DNA of 62,622 nt, the filler included, from Bipalium vagum (lineage: Eukaryota): NCBI GenBank assembly GCA_037834085.1. It is 3 parts of 3 records of this genome, joined end to end, with 100 filler letters (N's around TTAATTAATTAA, not from the genome) between each part and the next. Parts side by side here need not be neighbours in the genome. Positions count along the whole stretch, not along the records: positions 1 to 22,073 come from JBBMKC010227324.1; 2 more parts are not named here. One strand, given 5' to 3'. A program made the position numbers and the translations under genes. The notes beneath the pieces are model-generated. The model was not told where the DNA came from. It saw only the letters and a program-made list of their open reading frames with translations, and made no database searches. Of this stretch, positions 1 to 13,767 are shown in pieces. How positions within the stretch are numbered: position 1 is the first letter of the stretch; every line of letters begins with the position of its first letter.

Positions 1-439
1 TATAATTTTTTTAATATAATTAATAATTATAATTTAATTTAATTGATATTTTGAAAATATAATTTTAACGTGACTATAATTCATTAGTTAAGAGTTTTTA
101 TGAAGAATTTAAAATACATTAAAGTTTTCCTTTGATTTTCACCTATAGGTATGATAAGAGGAGAAAATTACTCCCAAAATGACTTGGGAATTATTATGAA
201 TAATTTAACAGTGATATCGAATGGGTTTTGAAGTTTCAATGATGAATTTTTAAAGAATTAATATTAAAATATTTTTTTGATTACTCCTATCTGCAAATAC
301 TAAAGTAAGATCAAAGAAAATTAAAATATAGTTATCATAATAAAAAGTAGAGGTATTCGTTTACCATTTTATGAAGTAGTTAGACCTTAATTTAAAATTT
401 TTGCTTAAATGACACATACAAATCAATGAAACAATAAAA

Positions 440-790
440 ATTATGATTTAATTTGTCCCCCTTTTTTCAATACAGGTTTCTTGCCTTGTTGGCATGCTTT
501 GAATTAAAGATTCGACAGGTGTGATGCAGATTCCATACCAAATTTCTTGAATAATTATCCATATATTCTGGTTTACTTTTCGTACTTCAGCTTTTATTCG
601 TCCCAAAGATTTTCAATGAGATTGATGTCAACAGAATTTACTGGCCATGACCTTTAGATCCTTTTTTAAATTAGAAAACGTTCTTTCTAATGTTCTTAAA
701 GATATTCCAGTTAATTTAGATATTTCTTCAGGGCTCTGATAACCTCTTGTAGAATATTTGAACTTGGAGATGTATGGTCTTCATTTGGAA
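440..790 (-). mobile_element. Tc1-like transposase relic, internally deleted
   Basis: HTH remnant (EEISKLTGISLRTLER) next to WPVNSVDINLIENLW and SLIQSMPTRQETCIEKKG. Confidence 0.7.
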
Positions 791-2642
791 CTATTAACTT
801 AAGAATTTATCAAATTATTATTGCTTGTGAGATGAAATTAAAAATTGTAAATATTGAAGGTTTCTTACGAAGTAATACAAAAAAACGGCGCGATCTTGAA
901 AATATTTAAATGTAATAATATTAAAGTCCTGGTACTAAACCTCCGTTTGTATTGTGATAACTATTATAACATTAAATATTAATCTGATTTGAGAATGACG
1001 ATAGTCGGATTCTACTTTGAGTTTTGCTTAATTCAGTCTATTTAAAAATACTTTTAAAAGAAATTATAAATTTAATAAAAAATATACTTTTAATGACATT
1101 CATTAGTTTAACTGCTGCCAAGAATTTTTTCCAATTATAAATAAATTAAATGGAACTAATAAACACACGTTGCCCGAAAAATCCTAACTTTTTGAGGAAA
1201 CAAGAATATTTAGACGTTGAGTTCTTCTAGCACTTTGACTGGTGTCATCTTATGATTTTTAGCTCTTATCTTCGATTTTTTCCTCTTTGATTTAACACAA
1301 ACGTAAGCGATCATAACCTCTGAAAACACAGTTTCGTTACATCTAACCTTTGTTACAGAAGTCCCAGTTACACGTACACAAACTATTATTATTATCTTAA
1401 ATTCGAAAGTCTTTCATTTTATAATCTAGAATTATTTAAAAATACATTGATTTATGTAGTATACTTAGAAAAATAAAATTCAGAAAAATGAAATGTTATC
1501 AGTACAGTGAGCCATAAGCTAATGTGTTTTTAGAGCAAAAACTGTAAAATATGTGAGATATATTTTACAGTTCATTTTAAAGCTAACTTAAAAATCTATG
1601 AAATGATGCATTACTTACCGAAATCAATAAAATACAGTAGCTTTAAATTCCACTTTATACATAGTGTACAAAAAACATGAGAGATTTAGCCTAATAATAG
1701 TTTTGTTAAGTGTTTCCACCATTTTGTTATTGATTAAAAATTTAACTTTGAAATTACTTTTTAAGATAATTTTGATTATTAACTATTTTTCATTAATTGA
1801 TTATATATGGTGTGTATAAAGTAAGTGTCAGATTTTAAAATCTAATACCGAAAAGAACGCACTATAAGAATGCAAATAATAATTGATACAGTTACATTTA
1901 TTTAATAAATTTAAATAATTTTCTAAAAAATGACAATTAACTTTCATCCAATTATATATGATTTTTATTATTATTTTTTTTTTTTTATTTTTATTAAATT
2001 ATTATTTTAAATTTTGAATAAATTTAATATTTATTCTCCAATCACGTTTAACTCTTAACACTAAAAATTGAACTAATTTTTTAAAGAAACTAATTCTGAA
2101 ATAAATTTTTTTCAATATATAAATAGATCTAATAATAATTTTTGATAATTTTTACATAATTAATAAGAAAAAGTGTCACAGTATCTTTGAAAAAGAAGGT
2201 CTTCCTCTGACGCAAGAGACAGGCTAAAAAGGTCAAAAGATAACAAGCCCATTTGTAAAATATAAATGTTTCTGAATCAAAATCTCTTCTTTTCAAACTC
2301 TTTATTATATTCCACAGCAACGGAAAATGGCTTAGAGAGATATTTGTCTACGAAAATTAATTAATTCGTAAGAAGAGTAAAATGCAAGATGAACACCTAA
2401 ATTATTTGTTACAGCTCCTTGTCGAAACGAGTCAAACAAATGTAATTAATTTGCATAATTTATGAAGAGGGACTAAAGAAAACTTGGTAAGTAAACGGAA
2501 CCAATTATTATGTTAAGCCAAATATGGGAATCTTGGTAATAGAGAAATATTTGGCGTTATCTAAATTCAAGAGACTGAGTTTTTGGAGTCAGAATAAATA
2601 CTATAAAGTTCATTTTTTAAAAAAAGTTCCAATAAATAATAC

Positions 2643-2970
2643 GTTGCATTGCCACAGACATGACTGGAACAAAACGCATAACTGTAATGAATAAGAGCAG
2701 GATCTATCATTGTACCATGTTCAGCCTTATCCAAGAGGTCGGACAAATAGCAGAGATGCCTGTAACATCCTCTAACGCCATATCGAGCGCAATATTCATC
2801 CAGTACAAACATTTGTCCTGGATTAAACCAACCCAGCATGACGTACTGGTCTTTCAAACGAAAATCTAAACACAATGACTGGAGTTTTTTGAATAGTTCT
2901 GAATGAGGAAATTTCCAGGGCTCTATAGATACAAACTTTTCCAATCCGTGTTTCTTAGCTCTGTCAGATT
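2643..2970 (-). CDS. CADPS: CAPS/CADPS exon downstream of PH domain (gene continues beyond window start)
   Basis: ESDRAKKHG...[31 protein letters not shown]...[20 protein letters not shown], a highly conserved CAPS block. Acceptor is clear; donor at 2642 (gtatta) is the most plausible but less certain. Confidence 0.93.
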
Positions 2971-3053
2971 CTAAAACCAAAAAGAATTTATCCATCTGAG
3001 TAGACACTCAAATTTGAAGATTAAGATAATGATAATATATAGATAAATCTTAC

Positions 3054-3257
3054 CTCCACCTCCGAATGATCGCTGAGTGCCTGGCTTTGATTTATTATTT
3101 TGATTAACGGTCAAGATTGGCTTGTGAGTCTGGCCAGTAGCTCTGTAAATGGCCTGGACCCACAACTGGCGCTCGTTTTCATCTGCTGTTGCAGCTAAAA
3201 CATTATCACCTTCTTTAACGAGATTGAAGAAGAACTTGGATGTATTTGTAACCAAAT
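3054..3257 (-). CDS. CADPS: CAPS/CADPS exon, end of PH domain
   Basis: [38 protein letters not shown]; phase 1/1, bounded by cacag and gtaag. Confidence 0.95.
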
Positions 3258-4099
3258 CTGTGGAGGTGTGATTGGAGAATCAATAAATTATATTATAAAT
3301 ATATCAAAAAAATATTTCGACCTATTTATAACAAGCAATGGGAAAAGATTAGGTAAGGAAAACCCATTATAATCAATATAGACAGGACGAATTATTTATT
3401 TAAAACATCTAAATCTGGCATCAATATTTCTTAAGTCCTCTGCTTATATATGTATAGAAACAAATGTCTAAAATATATCAATTTGCTTTCATAAAACAAA
3501 AAAGACTTTTATCTTAATCTTTTATTAACTTCGATTTGTAAAATGAAGAAAGCTGTAAAAAATTGTCCCAAAAAAAGTTTTACAGACGTAATCACGCCCA
3601 CTGCTCAGGGACTTTCCTGAAAGAGGATCATTGAATTTCTCAAGACTTACATTGTGACCGGAATATACAGAAAATTTTCTATCGATTAATATAAAAACTA
3701 CATCATAATTCATTGAGATTTTATGGAAAGTTTTGGTTCTTGTTATACGATATTGATCAATTTTCAGTTGACCAAAGGCTCATTATTTGATTTTTACGTT
3801 GACTATCACCGCCTAAAAATATTGTTTATTTGAATAATCAAATATTTTCTTTCATAGGTCGAGCGTAAAGAAAGTGTACTTTTGAGTTTTTTTGTTTTAT
3901 CTTAAATAACATTTAAATAGTTCGCTGAATATTTGATGTAACCTTGTTTATTAAAATTTATTTTCTCATAAAAACAATAAAAAATAAAATTTTGATATCA
4001 AATATCATTGCCAATTTCATATCAAGAATCTTAATTCCATTTTTTTCATCGTCCTTATTCCCCAGCTATAATTTAAGGAATTTAGCCAATTTTGATATA

Positions 4100-4925
4100 T
4101 TAGGCTGAGGGATAAGTATTATCGCTTTTCAATATACAAACTTTAATGAAAAATATATTAAGATTTCGATTAATCTTTCTATAATTATTGATCTATAATA
4201 TTAGGATAGGTATTGAAATAAATCAATGTTTTATTATTAGGTGTTTATTTACCTATTAATATTATAGAATTTTTTAAATAATATAAAACTTGGTATACGA
4301 GACAATAATAACGGTGCAAATTCAAACATGCCAATTATTTGAATTTTAATTAAATAGAAATGCATTAGAGGCTGCAAACAATATTTGCTAAGGGTAGTGC
4401 AAAGACTCATTTAGGGAATGAGATGCTAAAAAGGTATAAAAGATTCTGTACTGGAGACCCGTCTATTTAAAACGAATGTTGTTCAAGGCCTCCACCAGCT
4501 TTTGATAAAAGTCATTAAATAATTGTTTATTTGGTTCAATCCTCAACAATCAACTCGTGAACTTGCAGAGTTATTATGGTTGACAATACCACAGTTGGCG
4601 ACCATCTTCAACAAGTTGGAAAAATCAAGAAGCACCAAAAATGAATGCAAAATTAATTAAGTGAAAATTGCAAAAATCAATGTTTATCAATTTTCTCCTT
4701 TTTGTTAAGAAACAGAAATGAGGCTCCGTTTAAAAGAATTATTACATGAGACAAAAAATGGATATATTTTCAAAACACCAGTCATTCTGATGAGAGTAAG
4801 ATAAAGATTTTCAGCCAAACACAGTTACAAAGCGAATGATTCCTCTGAGGAAGGAAATGATAACCGCTTGACGGTATATGGACGTTATTATTCATGACGA
4901 AGAAAATTATTACTGCACAATCCTA
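4100..4925 (+). mobile_element. mariner relic
   Basis: Decayed motifs NALEAANNIC, PQQSTRELA, TVGDHLQQVGK and RIIT*DKKWIY (for RIVTGDEKWI). Confidence 0.78.
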
Positions 4926-5320
4926 AAGAGACAAAACAATGTTTTTTTTAAAAATTCTTATTGTTTTGTATTTATTTTTTACAGTTTATTCTTATTTGTT
5001 AATAATTTTCATTTGATCTGAATGTTGGACTTAAGCTGAATCAGACCTTTAGATTCTTAAATAACATTTTATTGTTTAAGTAATTTTTTTTCTAAACTGT
5101 CAGTGAAAAAATATTCAATATTTTTGTAACTCTGCAATTTTCATTTTGTTCCGAGTGTACAACGGAGAGAGGACGTTGCTCAGATTATTTGTTAAATTGT
5201 CTTTTCTATATTCAAACATATCCTACGTTACTTATTCTCTTTCATATCTGATTCAATTGGTTGTTATTTCAAATATCCGAGAATTCTCAAAAAAAAATTT
5301 TAAATCCAGAAATTATCTAC

Positions 5321-5429
5321 CTGATTGGGAATCACAATAGTCCACAGTATAACCATCAATCTGCATTATTTCCGACGCATCTGCTTTTTTTGGTTTATAA
5401 GAAGCCATAACAAACGTGTACTGGGATAC
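5321..5429 (-). CDS. CADPS: CAPS/CADPS exon, PH domain
   Basis: tag|[36 protein letters not shown](G)|gtag; matches CAPS VSQYTFAMCSY..DGYTVDY. Not in the ORF track. Confidence 0.95.
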
Positions 5430-6279
5430 CTAATAAGAACGATATTAATAAAGAAAAACCAACCACATTATATAAGAAATGTAAGAAAAACCTTAACTAT
5501 AGGATAAAACAATGACTAAATATTTCTTAATTTTCACTTATTAGAAATAAAATTATTATAAAAGAAAAGATAACAAAACAATAACAAAGATCGATCAATG
5601 GATACTTTATCTAGTTGATTAAATTTATGTGTAGAACAGATTCAACGCCCTTTATCTTCCTTCTATATTTCCTTTAATAAACTCATTTTGTTCTGAATGT
5701 AATAATTTTTTGATAAGAACAAAAGAAACTTGATACTTCATTGACAGCATTCTCTGTTTCTTCACTTTTCCACTTGGTAAATTTGGTAACTAAATCTTTT
5801 TTCCTGAAAAATAATATTTCATGGCTTACTTAATTTATTATCTTTCTTCATCATACGAAGTTACGCTTGTACTTATTCTATTAATTGTTAATCAAAATAA
5901 TATCTTTATGGTATTAAAAAATTTATTTCCTTAGTTCATTGTTAATGATTCAAGGTTTTAATGAACACTCAAAAAGTTTAACTATCTAATTTTTTAAAAT
6001 TACATGGTATGTTCACTTAATCGAAAGTTCAATAAATACATATCTCATTACGGACAACTTTGACTGTACTAATAAATAATACTATGATGGGAATGATATC
6101 GACTATTTTAAGCCTCAATTTCGGTATGTAATTTTCTATTAGAGAAATAAAATGTTCGTTTTCAGAGAAATATTTTTACTGTGTTTTAAAAAGGATCTAT
6201 TCACATACATTTTGTTGATATAATTTAATGAAGGTTAAATATATTACAGATATATTAACAAATAGGAATATTAAAGTAC

Positions 6280-6483
6280 CTGAATTAAACAAACATATCG
6301 ACTTCTCCATTTCTTGAAAGCCGTTTTGCCTTTTAAAAAGAGATGACCACAAAATTTTAAATTATTTGGTTTTTCCATTTTCACAGCCATTTGTATTCTG
6401 AGATCATCTGCAATACCTTTAGACAGGTCCATTTTATACCATTCCAACTGTTTGTTATCTGTACAGGTCGGATTCATCACAAC
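6280..6483 (-). CDS. CADPS: CAPS/CADPS exon, end of C2 and start of PH domain
   Basis: VVMNPTCTDNKQLEWYKM...IQMAVKMEKPNNLKFCGHLFLKGKTAFKKWRSRYVCLIQ; phase 0 at both ends with canonical splice sites. Confidence 0.95.
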
Positions 6484-6959
6484 CTTTGTTAATATTAAAT
6501 TCCATTAGTAGAAAATAATTTTTCAGAATAAATGAACAGAGATAATTAATTAATTTAAAAGAAATGAAATATATGAAATATTTATAAAAATAAAATTATT
6601 ATTAATAACAAAACTAAAATAATAAAAAATAACAAAACATTTTTTATTCATTCAACTTTTGATGTCTTCAAATATCCTTTTGGATTTTAATAAAAAAAGA
6701 TTATTATTATTATTTATTTAATTTAATTAATTATTTATTTTAGTAAAACATAACATTAAGTAAATCCGATCGAATAAAAACTTTCAATATTTGAAAACCT
6801 TTTCATTTTTGATTATTTTATTAATGAAATTAAGCGTTAATTTCAGAATTCTCACTCAATAATTACCAGGGGCCTTTAGATTTATTGACTTCAAATTTTC
6901 TTATGCAAGACAAATTATTTTTAAAAATGTAAAAAATGTTCAAAAATCATGTTATTGTC

Positions 6960-7594
6960 ACAATTGACATTTTTACAAAAATGAACAGATGATTTGGACA
7001 GTAAGGTACTAGATAATTGTGGCAAAGGTATGGTATATCGAAAAGGTATGTTTTTTTTATCATAATAACCTTAAGTGCCAAATATCATTTCAAGTAGTAA
7101 TTTTGGAATTACGATAGGATGGTTTAAATATTTCCATATTCTTCTGATATAGCTCCTACATATTAAAGGGTGTACGGGGTTTAGTGTTGCGCTTTCTTAT
7201 TAACTCTCCTGGAAAACTCATTTTATTTATATTGTTTCACTTTATCATTTTAAATATCTGTATTTAGTTAATTTATAGTCAGTTTCTAAAATATTTCTTG
7301 TAAAGTCTTCTATAGTTTTTTCAGTAGACCTATTTTAAAAATGCGACATTAAACCCCGTATACTTTTCTATCCTTTACGTTTCTTGAAGAATAGTTTGGA
7401 TGGCAAATAGGATATCAAAAGTCATTCATTTGAGTCAAAGTTTTTACTTATAGTATAGTGAAACTGCCCAATAGACAGAAATAAGTTTTCAAACATAACG
7501 GTACATATATTTTTTAAAAAGATTATTTATGAACATTAAAACATTTCTTTGAATGTTATTTGAAAATTCAGCGAACTTTTCGATCATCGTAATA
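6960..7594 (+). mobile_element. mariner relic, internally deleted, interrupted by a MITE
   Basis: ELR*DGL..PYSSDIAPT before the insert and RFLKNSLDGK after it; mariner-like right end cgaacttttcgatcatcgtaata. Confidence 0.62.
7165..7367. mobile_element. ~200-bp MITE
   Basis: Imperfect terminal inverted repeats: aagggtgtacggggtttagtgttgcg versus the reverse complement of atgcgacattaaaccccgtatactttt; non-coding interior. Confidence 0.75.
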
Positions 7595-9299
7595 TTTAAT
7601 TGGATAAACTATTTCATTTTCACATACCTTAGGCAGAAATATAAGGTTGGGTAAACAAAGAAAAGTCCCTATAATAAAACTAATATAGTGTAGGGTTTAG
7701 ATCATAAATTTGGAAAAGATTATACATTGTGACAAATAATTAACACGAAATATTATTTTAAGAAGATAAACTTTTATGTACATCACAATATTTTGTCTGA
7801 ACTTTCTACAAATTTGCTCAATTGATTTGTGAAATTTTATCGCAATTCAATAATCTGTTTATTTAAATAATATTGAATTATAATTCAATAATTCGTTAGC
7901 ATAATTGTATCTTATCCAATTGAGAATACTTTGAAGTTTATCAAATCATCTTGCATGATTAATAACATATTTTAGTTTTCCTTGAAAAATTCCCGGTACT
8001 TGTTTGGCACAATGTCCTCATTATTTTTAATCATTCTAAACATTTTGTCTAACATTTTTGTTATTTTTAAAATTATTTTATTAAATATATTTTAGAACTC
8101 TCCTTCCTTATATTCTTATCTACAAGGATAGAGAATAAAGACGAAATACAAATGAATGATTCCTCCGAAATTATCATTTCACAGTGGTAATTCCCACTTA
8201 AAATTATCGGAGGATTAAATCTCTCAAATTTTAAATCGATTTTTATATGAAAAGAAATCAAATAAGTTATTAGCAAATAGTATAAACAAAAAATTGTACG
8301 TTGAAATTTAATTCCAGTGTGATAAATAATCAATAATTATTAATTTATTTTCCATTAAAATGTTATCATTATCTACATCTACAATTATAAATAAAATAAA
8401 TAATGTTCATAATTTATTTCTACAAAAAAATCGATTCGTTTTTCTTAAGATGGGTGTATCCTTTTATTTCGACATTTTGTTTTATAAAATTAAGATTTAA
8501 TAGAAAGTCTTTTACAAATAAATAAAAACAAATATAATTTTTTTATTTATCTGTATATTTGTATATACAAATTTCATTGGTGTTTTTTTAAATGTTGAAA
8601 GTCGCTTTTCATTGAAGTGCTCAATTAAAACAAGAATAAAAGTACATTATCGAAAAATTACCAAAGTTTGTTTGAAATAAAATTTATTTAAACTAGATCT
8701 CTTTGAAAATTCAAAAAATAAATAAAATAAAATTTTCAACTTAAACCAATAATAAAATTATTTAGATAATAAATTTTGTAATTTATAAAACTGTTCATTG
8801 ATTCTTTTTCCCATTGCAGAACCTATATTCACCCATTTTCCATTTTCATATATATCACTAATGAAAAGTACCAAGACATTTTTAACATTAATGATAATAT
8901 AATGATGTAAGAATTTTAATATTGAGGTATGCATTAAAATTCTAATGTACAAATCAATAAAAATTCTAAACGTGTCTTTTAAGTTAAATTTTGTTTTTGT
9001 AAAGAAAGAAGTATAATCAAATGAAAAAATAATATAAATATCGATATAATATATTCTCAACAGTTGAACTTTACTTCTTTTATAAAATGTCCCGAAGGTA
9101 AATTTTGTCAAAAATAAAAAATTGAAAAATTCCTGAAATCAAATTAGTTTTATTAAATATTATTTTCTTTAATTGACACTTTAAAAGGGAAAATTATGTT
9201 CCTGTTATATAATTAATTGAAAATTTATATTATAAGAGTAGAAAAAATTCACTTAACAGTGGACTACAGATGCTCTGGCTTATTATTATTGTCAATTGA

Positions 9300-9373
9300 A
9301 AATTAATCGGAGATACCGGGAGTGCTCTAACCACTGGGCTACATTCCCCGACTGATTTCAAATTATCTCACAC
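9300..9373 (-). repeat. tRNA-Ala-derived repeat, internally deleted copy with 5' flank
   Basis: Reverse complement gtgtgagataatttgaaatcagtcg-gggaatgtagcccagtggttagagca//ctcccggtatctccg; anticodon arm and most of the T arm are missing. Confidence 0.72.
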
Positions 9374-10178
9374 CCCCCTCCTTTAAAGCTCACAGACCCT
9401 TCACCACCTCGAGTCTCGTATTTTCATTTACTTTTCCTTTTACTTTTCACTTACGAGGTCTCGTCCTCTGGTTGGTGGCCTGGTGTTGTCGCCATGTTAG
9501 TCGGAAATTAATCGGAGATACTTTTAAATTAGTGCGGCAATAATTAGTTGGAATTAATTATCTGATATATTATAAAAAATCAGTTTTATGTTAAGTAAAT
9601 AGTTGATTAGTTAGCCAAAAGTTATTTTAAAATCTTACAAATATTTCATGCATAATACAATAATCAAAAAAATTTATTTCAATTTAAATTAGTTAAGATT
9701 TATTATATTTTCAAGGTGCGGAAATAATTATTTGGAGCACTGTGTAAATTGTTAGATCCTAATATTTTATTCTTTATATTTAAAATATAAAGAAAATATA
9801 ATCAATGTAAGAACATAACTAATATAAAATTTTCTATGAAATCTAATGGAAAAACATTTTTCAAATAATTTTTTAAATATACTTCCAATCATTAAAAATT
9901 TTTATTTTAAGAAAAATACCCAGATCAAAATTTATCATAGAGCCACATTGACTATTTAAGATTAAAATTGCTAATCCATATTTTGAGCATGAACGTACTT
10001 ATTTTAATTTATAATTATATAGAATTGTAATAATTAAAAATCCTGCATTTTTCGTTTTATTTTACAAAATTATTACAAATTGAATTTTTATTTTTAATTG
10101 ATTCATTGTATTTTAATATTTACAAAATATGGAAAATCGAAGAAAAAGATAATAGTGTTTGAAAATGAATAATAATAA

Positions 10179-10180
<2 letters not shown>

Positions 10181-10237
<57 letters not shown>
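10181..10237. repeat. (ATT)n microsatellite
   Basis: Near-perfect ATT run. Confidence 0.9.
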
Positions 10238-10239
<2 letters not shown>

Positions 10240-12109
10240 TCATTATTATTATTAATTTTATTATGATGTGAAATTTGATAATGTTTCTTAAAATATAAAT
10301 AAAATTAATGATATGCTAATCAATATTTAATAATAACTAAATAAAAAACCATCTTAGAATTATAAGAAATTAAAATTTGTAAAATTAAAACAATAAAACT
10401 TAATTAAAAAAAGTAAAAGATTTTTACGATATTAATTAGTGAAGTTAATAAATTTTTATAAGAATTCTAATGGAAAATATATAACTGAAAAAATTAATAA
10501 GTAAACTAAGCCATGATACCGAAAATTTCGAAATATTAAAAGTAACCATTGGATTATAATTTGATTTATATCCATAAATGTATAAAACATCAGTGGAAAC
10601 TTTTAATGATGGATAAATCGATAAAATAATCAAATTATGAGACCGCTCAAATCAAACAGTTCGGCCCCAGCTTTTATGATGAGATAATATTAATCAACTT
10701 TTTTGATAAAACAGAATATTCTATCAATACGAAATCAGAATTTATTCACTATTTCCAAATAGGAAAATATCGAAGTTACCTTTACTAGTGGGCTGTGATA
10801 GTTTTTCTATATGCTTTTGGTTATCAATTATTTTTTACGTGTCAAGAAATATTTTTTTACTAAAAATTCTAAATATAAAAAAGATTTATTAAATGAAATG
10901 AGTTTATATATTATTATAATACGCTTTATAAAGTTAAATCGGGTTTGTATGCTTTACAATGTCCAATAGAGAAGCAATTACACTTTTACGATAGAGGAAA
11001 ATAATAATCTCAAGGAAAGATAATATAACATTAATAAAAGTTCACATCAATTTATATTTTCCAAATATTCTAGAGCTTAGAATATAATTATGTTAATGAA
11101 TGAAATTTAGTTGATTTTTGATTTAATTAAAATATAATATAAATAATTTTAAATAAAAAAGGGATAATCAGCTAACCAATTCTTAACAAATAAAATTAAA
11201 GATTTTCTCAAATTATTGCTTGACATTATTGACAATAAAATTATAATCATCATAATCGTTATTTGTACGGATGAGCAAATTTTCAAATTGGTTTTTAGCT
11301 ATATTTTAATTATCCTTTTATTTTCAAGTATTTTTTTGAAAAATGTGTACTAAAATCAATATTTATTTTCACAAAAAAGATTTTAAAATTAAAATAGAAT
11401 AACAAGGGTGTAATAAAAGTATAATAAAGAATATTGGAAATAGTGATAATTAGGGCAACCAAAAAAGTGCAAAATGTCTTAAGAATAATGAAAAAAATTG
11501 CAAATTATTCTAAGAAAAATGTAATTACTTTGAAAAAATAAGTCAAAATATTTCAAACCTATTTAGAAAAAATTTTTATTAAAAATTATATATGGATTAC
11601 AAAACTTTAATCAACTGCACAGGTATCGGTATATTCAATCCGTTAAAATAGGAAATAAAATAGTTCACGAGATTTTCTTGTTTAAAATTTCTCTGAGATT
11701 GAAGAATGGATTTCAAAATTGTAAAACTTCTTTCGATTTGAATTGATGTTGAAACACATTTCATGATATTGGAGTTTTGTATTTAATTTTAATTATCATA
11801 TTAACATAAATTAAAATATATCAAAAACTTAATTTTAAATTATTTAATAATTAATTATAATAAATTACTATTAATAAGTCATTAATTGTTATTTAAATAA
11901 AAACAAATAAAAATTGATTAATAATTTTTCTAGTAAATTTTGAAAGCGCAAAGTAATTATTCTCTTTGAAAATTTTATTTATTTTTATTATCATGACAAA
12001 GAGTTTTCGAAATCGGTAGGTATCATTTATTTCAATACATAATCAAATCCACAATAATCCAAAGCTGACAAATTTACTTTTTATTTAATTGAAAATATAA
12101 TATTAATAA

Positions 12110-12932
12110 TACAGTGTCGGAAAATTTTTAATCTTCACAAAAAGACGTAAACAGACAAAAATAATAAATATATTACAATGAAGATAAGTAAATAACTGAA
12201 TGTGAGTATAATTTTTAGGATTTTTTGATGTGACCATAATTAGTGTCCAGGTGCGAAATGCGCTACAAAATCATTTGATCTCTTCCCTGTCCAATTCAGT
12301 TATTACATCCATGATGGCATCATCAAGGACTTGATTGTCATATGAAGTTTTAGGTTAACTAGTTACTCAACTACGATCCATAGATAATAATCGAGTGTTC
12401 ATAAATCAGGTGACGAATGATAAGTCAGATTTCCGTGGTGTTTTCCTAGCTTAATGAACTGTGGTAGAATCTTGTTGAAAGATACTTTCTCCCACCAGTT
12501 ATTTCGTCAATCCACGATATAACTACTCCGAGTAAAAAAAACGATAAAAATATCATCATCTACCAATTTGGAAAAAATGAAATGGCATTATCTGGCATTC
12601 ACTGATTTTTATGATTTCGTTTGTTGACTTTTTTTGGCACTGAATATATCTGTCCTTTGTTTCGGTATCTTTTTGCCAACTCATAAACTTGGGACTTGTT
12701 AAAACCAAGCCATTCTAATATTTTCTTGACTTTCTTCCAGTGCTAGCTGATTTTAACATTGATATTCTTCGGTCATATTCTGAACCCATAACTATTATTA
12801 AATAATTAAAATTTTATTAATCTATTTATTGATAAATTAACTTACTTAAACATAATAATAAAAAAATAATATTGAATAATCAAATAATCTACTTTTAATA
12901 TAACTTGAAAGATTTATCTCAACAACCCTGTA
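12110..12932 (-). mobile_element. Tc1/mariner-superfamily relic (maT/DD37D-like), internally deleted
   Basis: Ends ta-cagtgtc...caaccctg-ta; C-terminal LDDAIMDVITELDREEIK*FCSAFR resembles maT-type transposases. Confidence 0.58.
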
Positions 12933-13767
12933 CATAAAGAGGCCAATACTTTAAGAGAAATAAGTAGATGAACAATAAAAACCCGCACTAATTTAAAATT
13001 TACTTATTTCAAAAATAATAACAGGTACAATAAAATTCCGCATTCACTAGAAAGCTCCACAAAAGATCAATCCAACCATTTAATATTTATTTTTCTATAA
13101 CGCCAAATCTTCGAACAGATATTCTTTTTTGAACTATCTTTTATTTTCACTATCCAGAATCTTGGTTTCGGACACAAAATCCATGATTTCTATAAATTCT
13201 TACAAGCAATTTAACTCCCGATTTTCACATCTTTGAAAACAGTTAAACTAATCCATTAAAATATTTTTAAAATTTCAATAAAAATGGCGTTTTAATTTTT
13301 TTAGAAGGGTAACTCTACCCACTTGCCGTTCATTTAAATTATTGTCCTCACAGAGAGTCTACCAATTCGGATACGTGCTTGTGAATTGTGGGAGAAACCT
13401 GCTGAAATTTTTAAGAATCCCAAAACTACAATTACTATTATTATTTTATATTCAATGAAGACTTATTATTATATTCATTTATATTATTATTTAGGAGTTT
13501 TCACCAAAAACTTCAAATCTTAACGCACAAAATATTCACAATCCATTTGAAGAACTTAAAAGGCCAACTTAAATCTAACAAATTTATATTTTTCGAAACC
13601 TTTGAATGGTAATTTCATAAGAAATCAATACATTTGAGAAAACATCAAAATCCACAGATAAAATAATAATAAATTTTCACTGTTAAAATTATTTTTAAAG
13701 ATAGATATTAAATATTAATTAATTTTTTCTAACCAAAAAATTTTTATCGATCTTTTTTTTTAAAAAT

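Noticed and set aside
960-1047. Candidate next CADPS exon after an aaatag acceptor
   Set aside because: No similarity to the expected downstream CAPS sequence (PDGIGTVT..RYCFPFGRP), and the frames checked hit stops.
2660-2869. Plus-strand ORF, and similar ones at 14661-14849, 17194-17403, 46518-46862 and 49496-49678
   Set aside because: Antisense shadows of real exons or transposase sequence.
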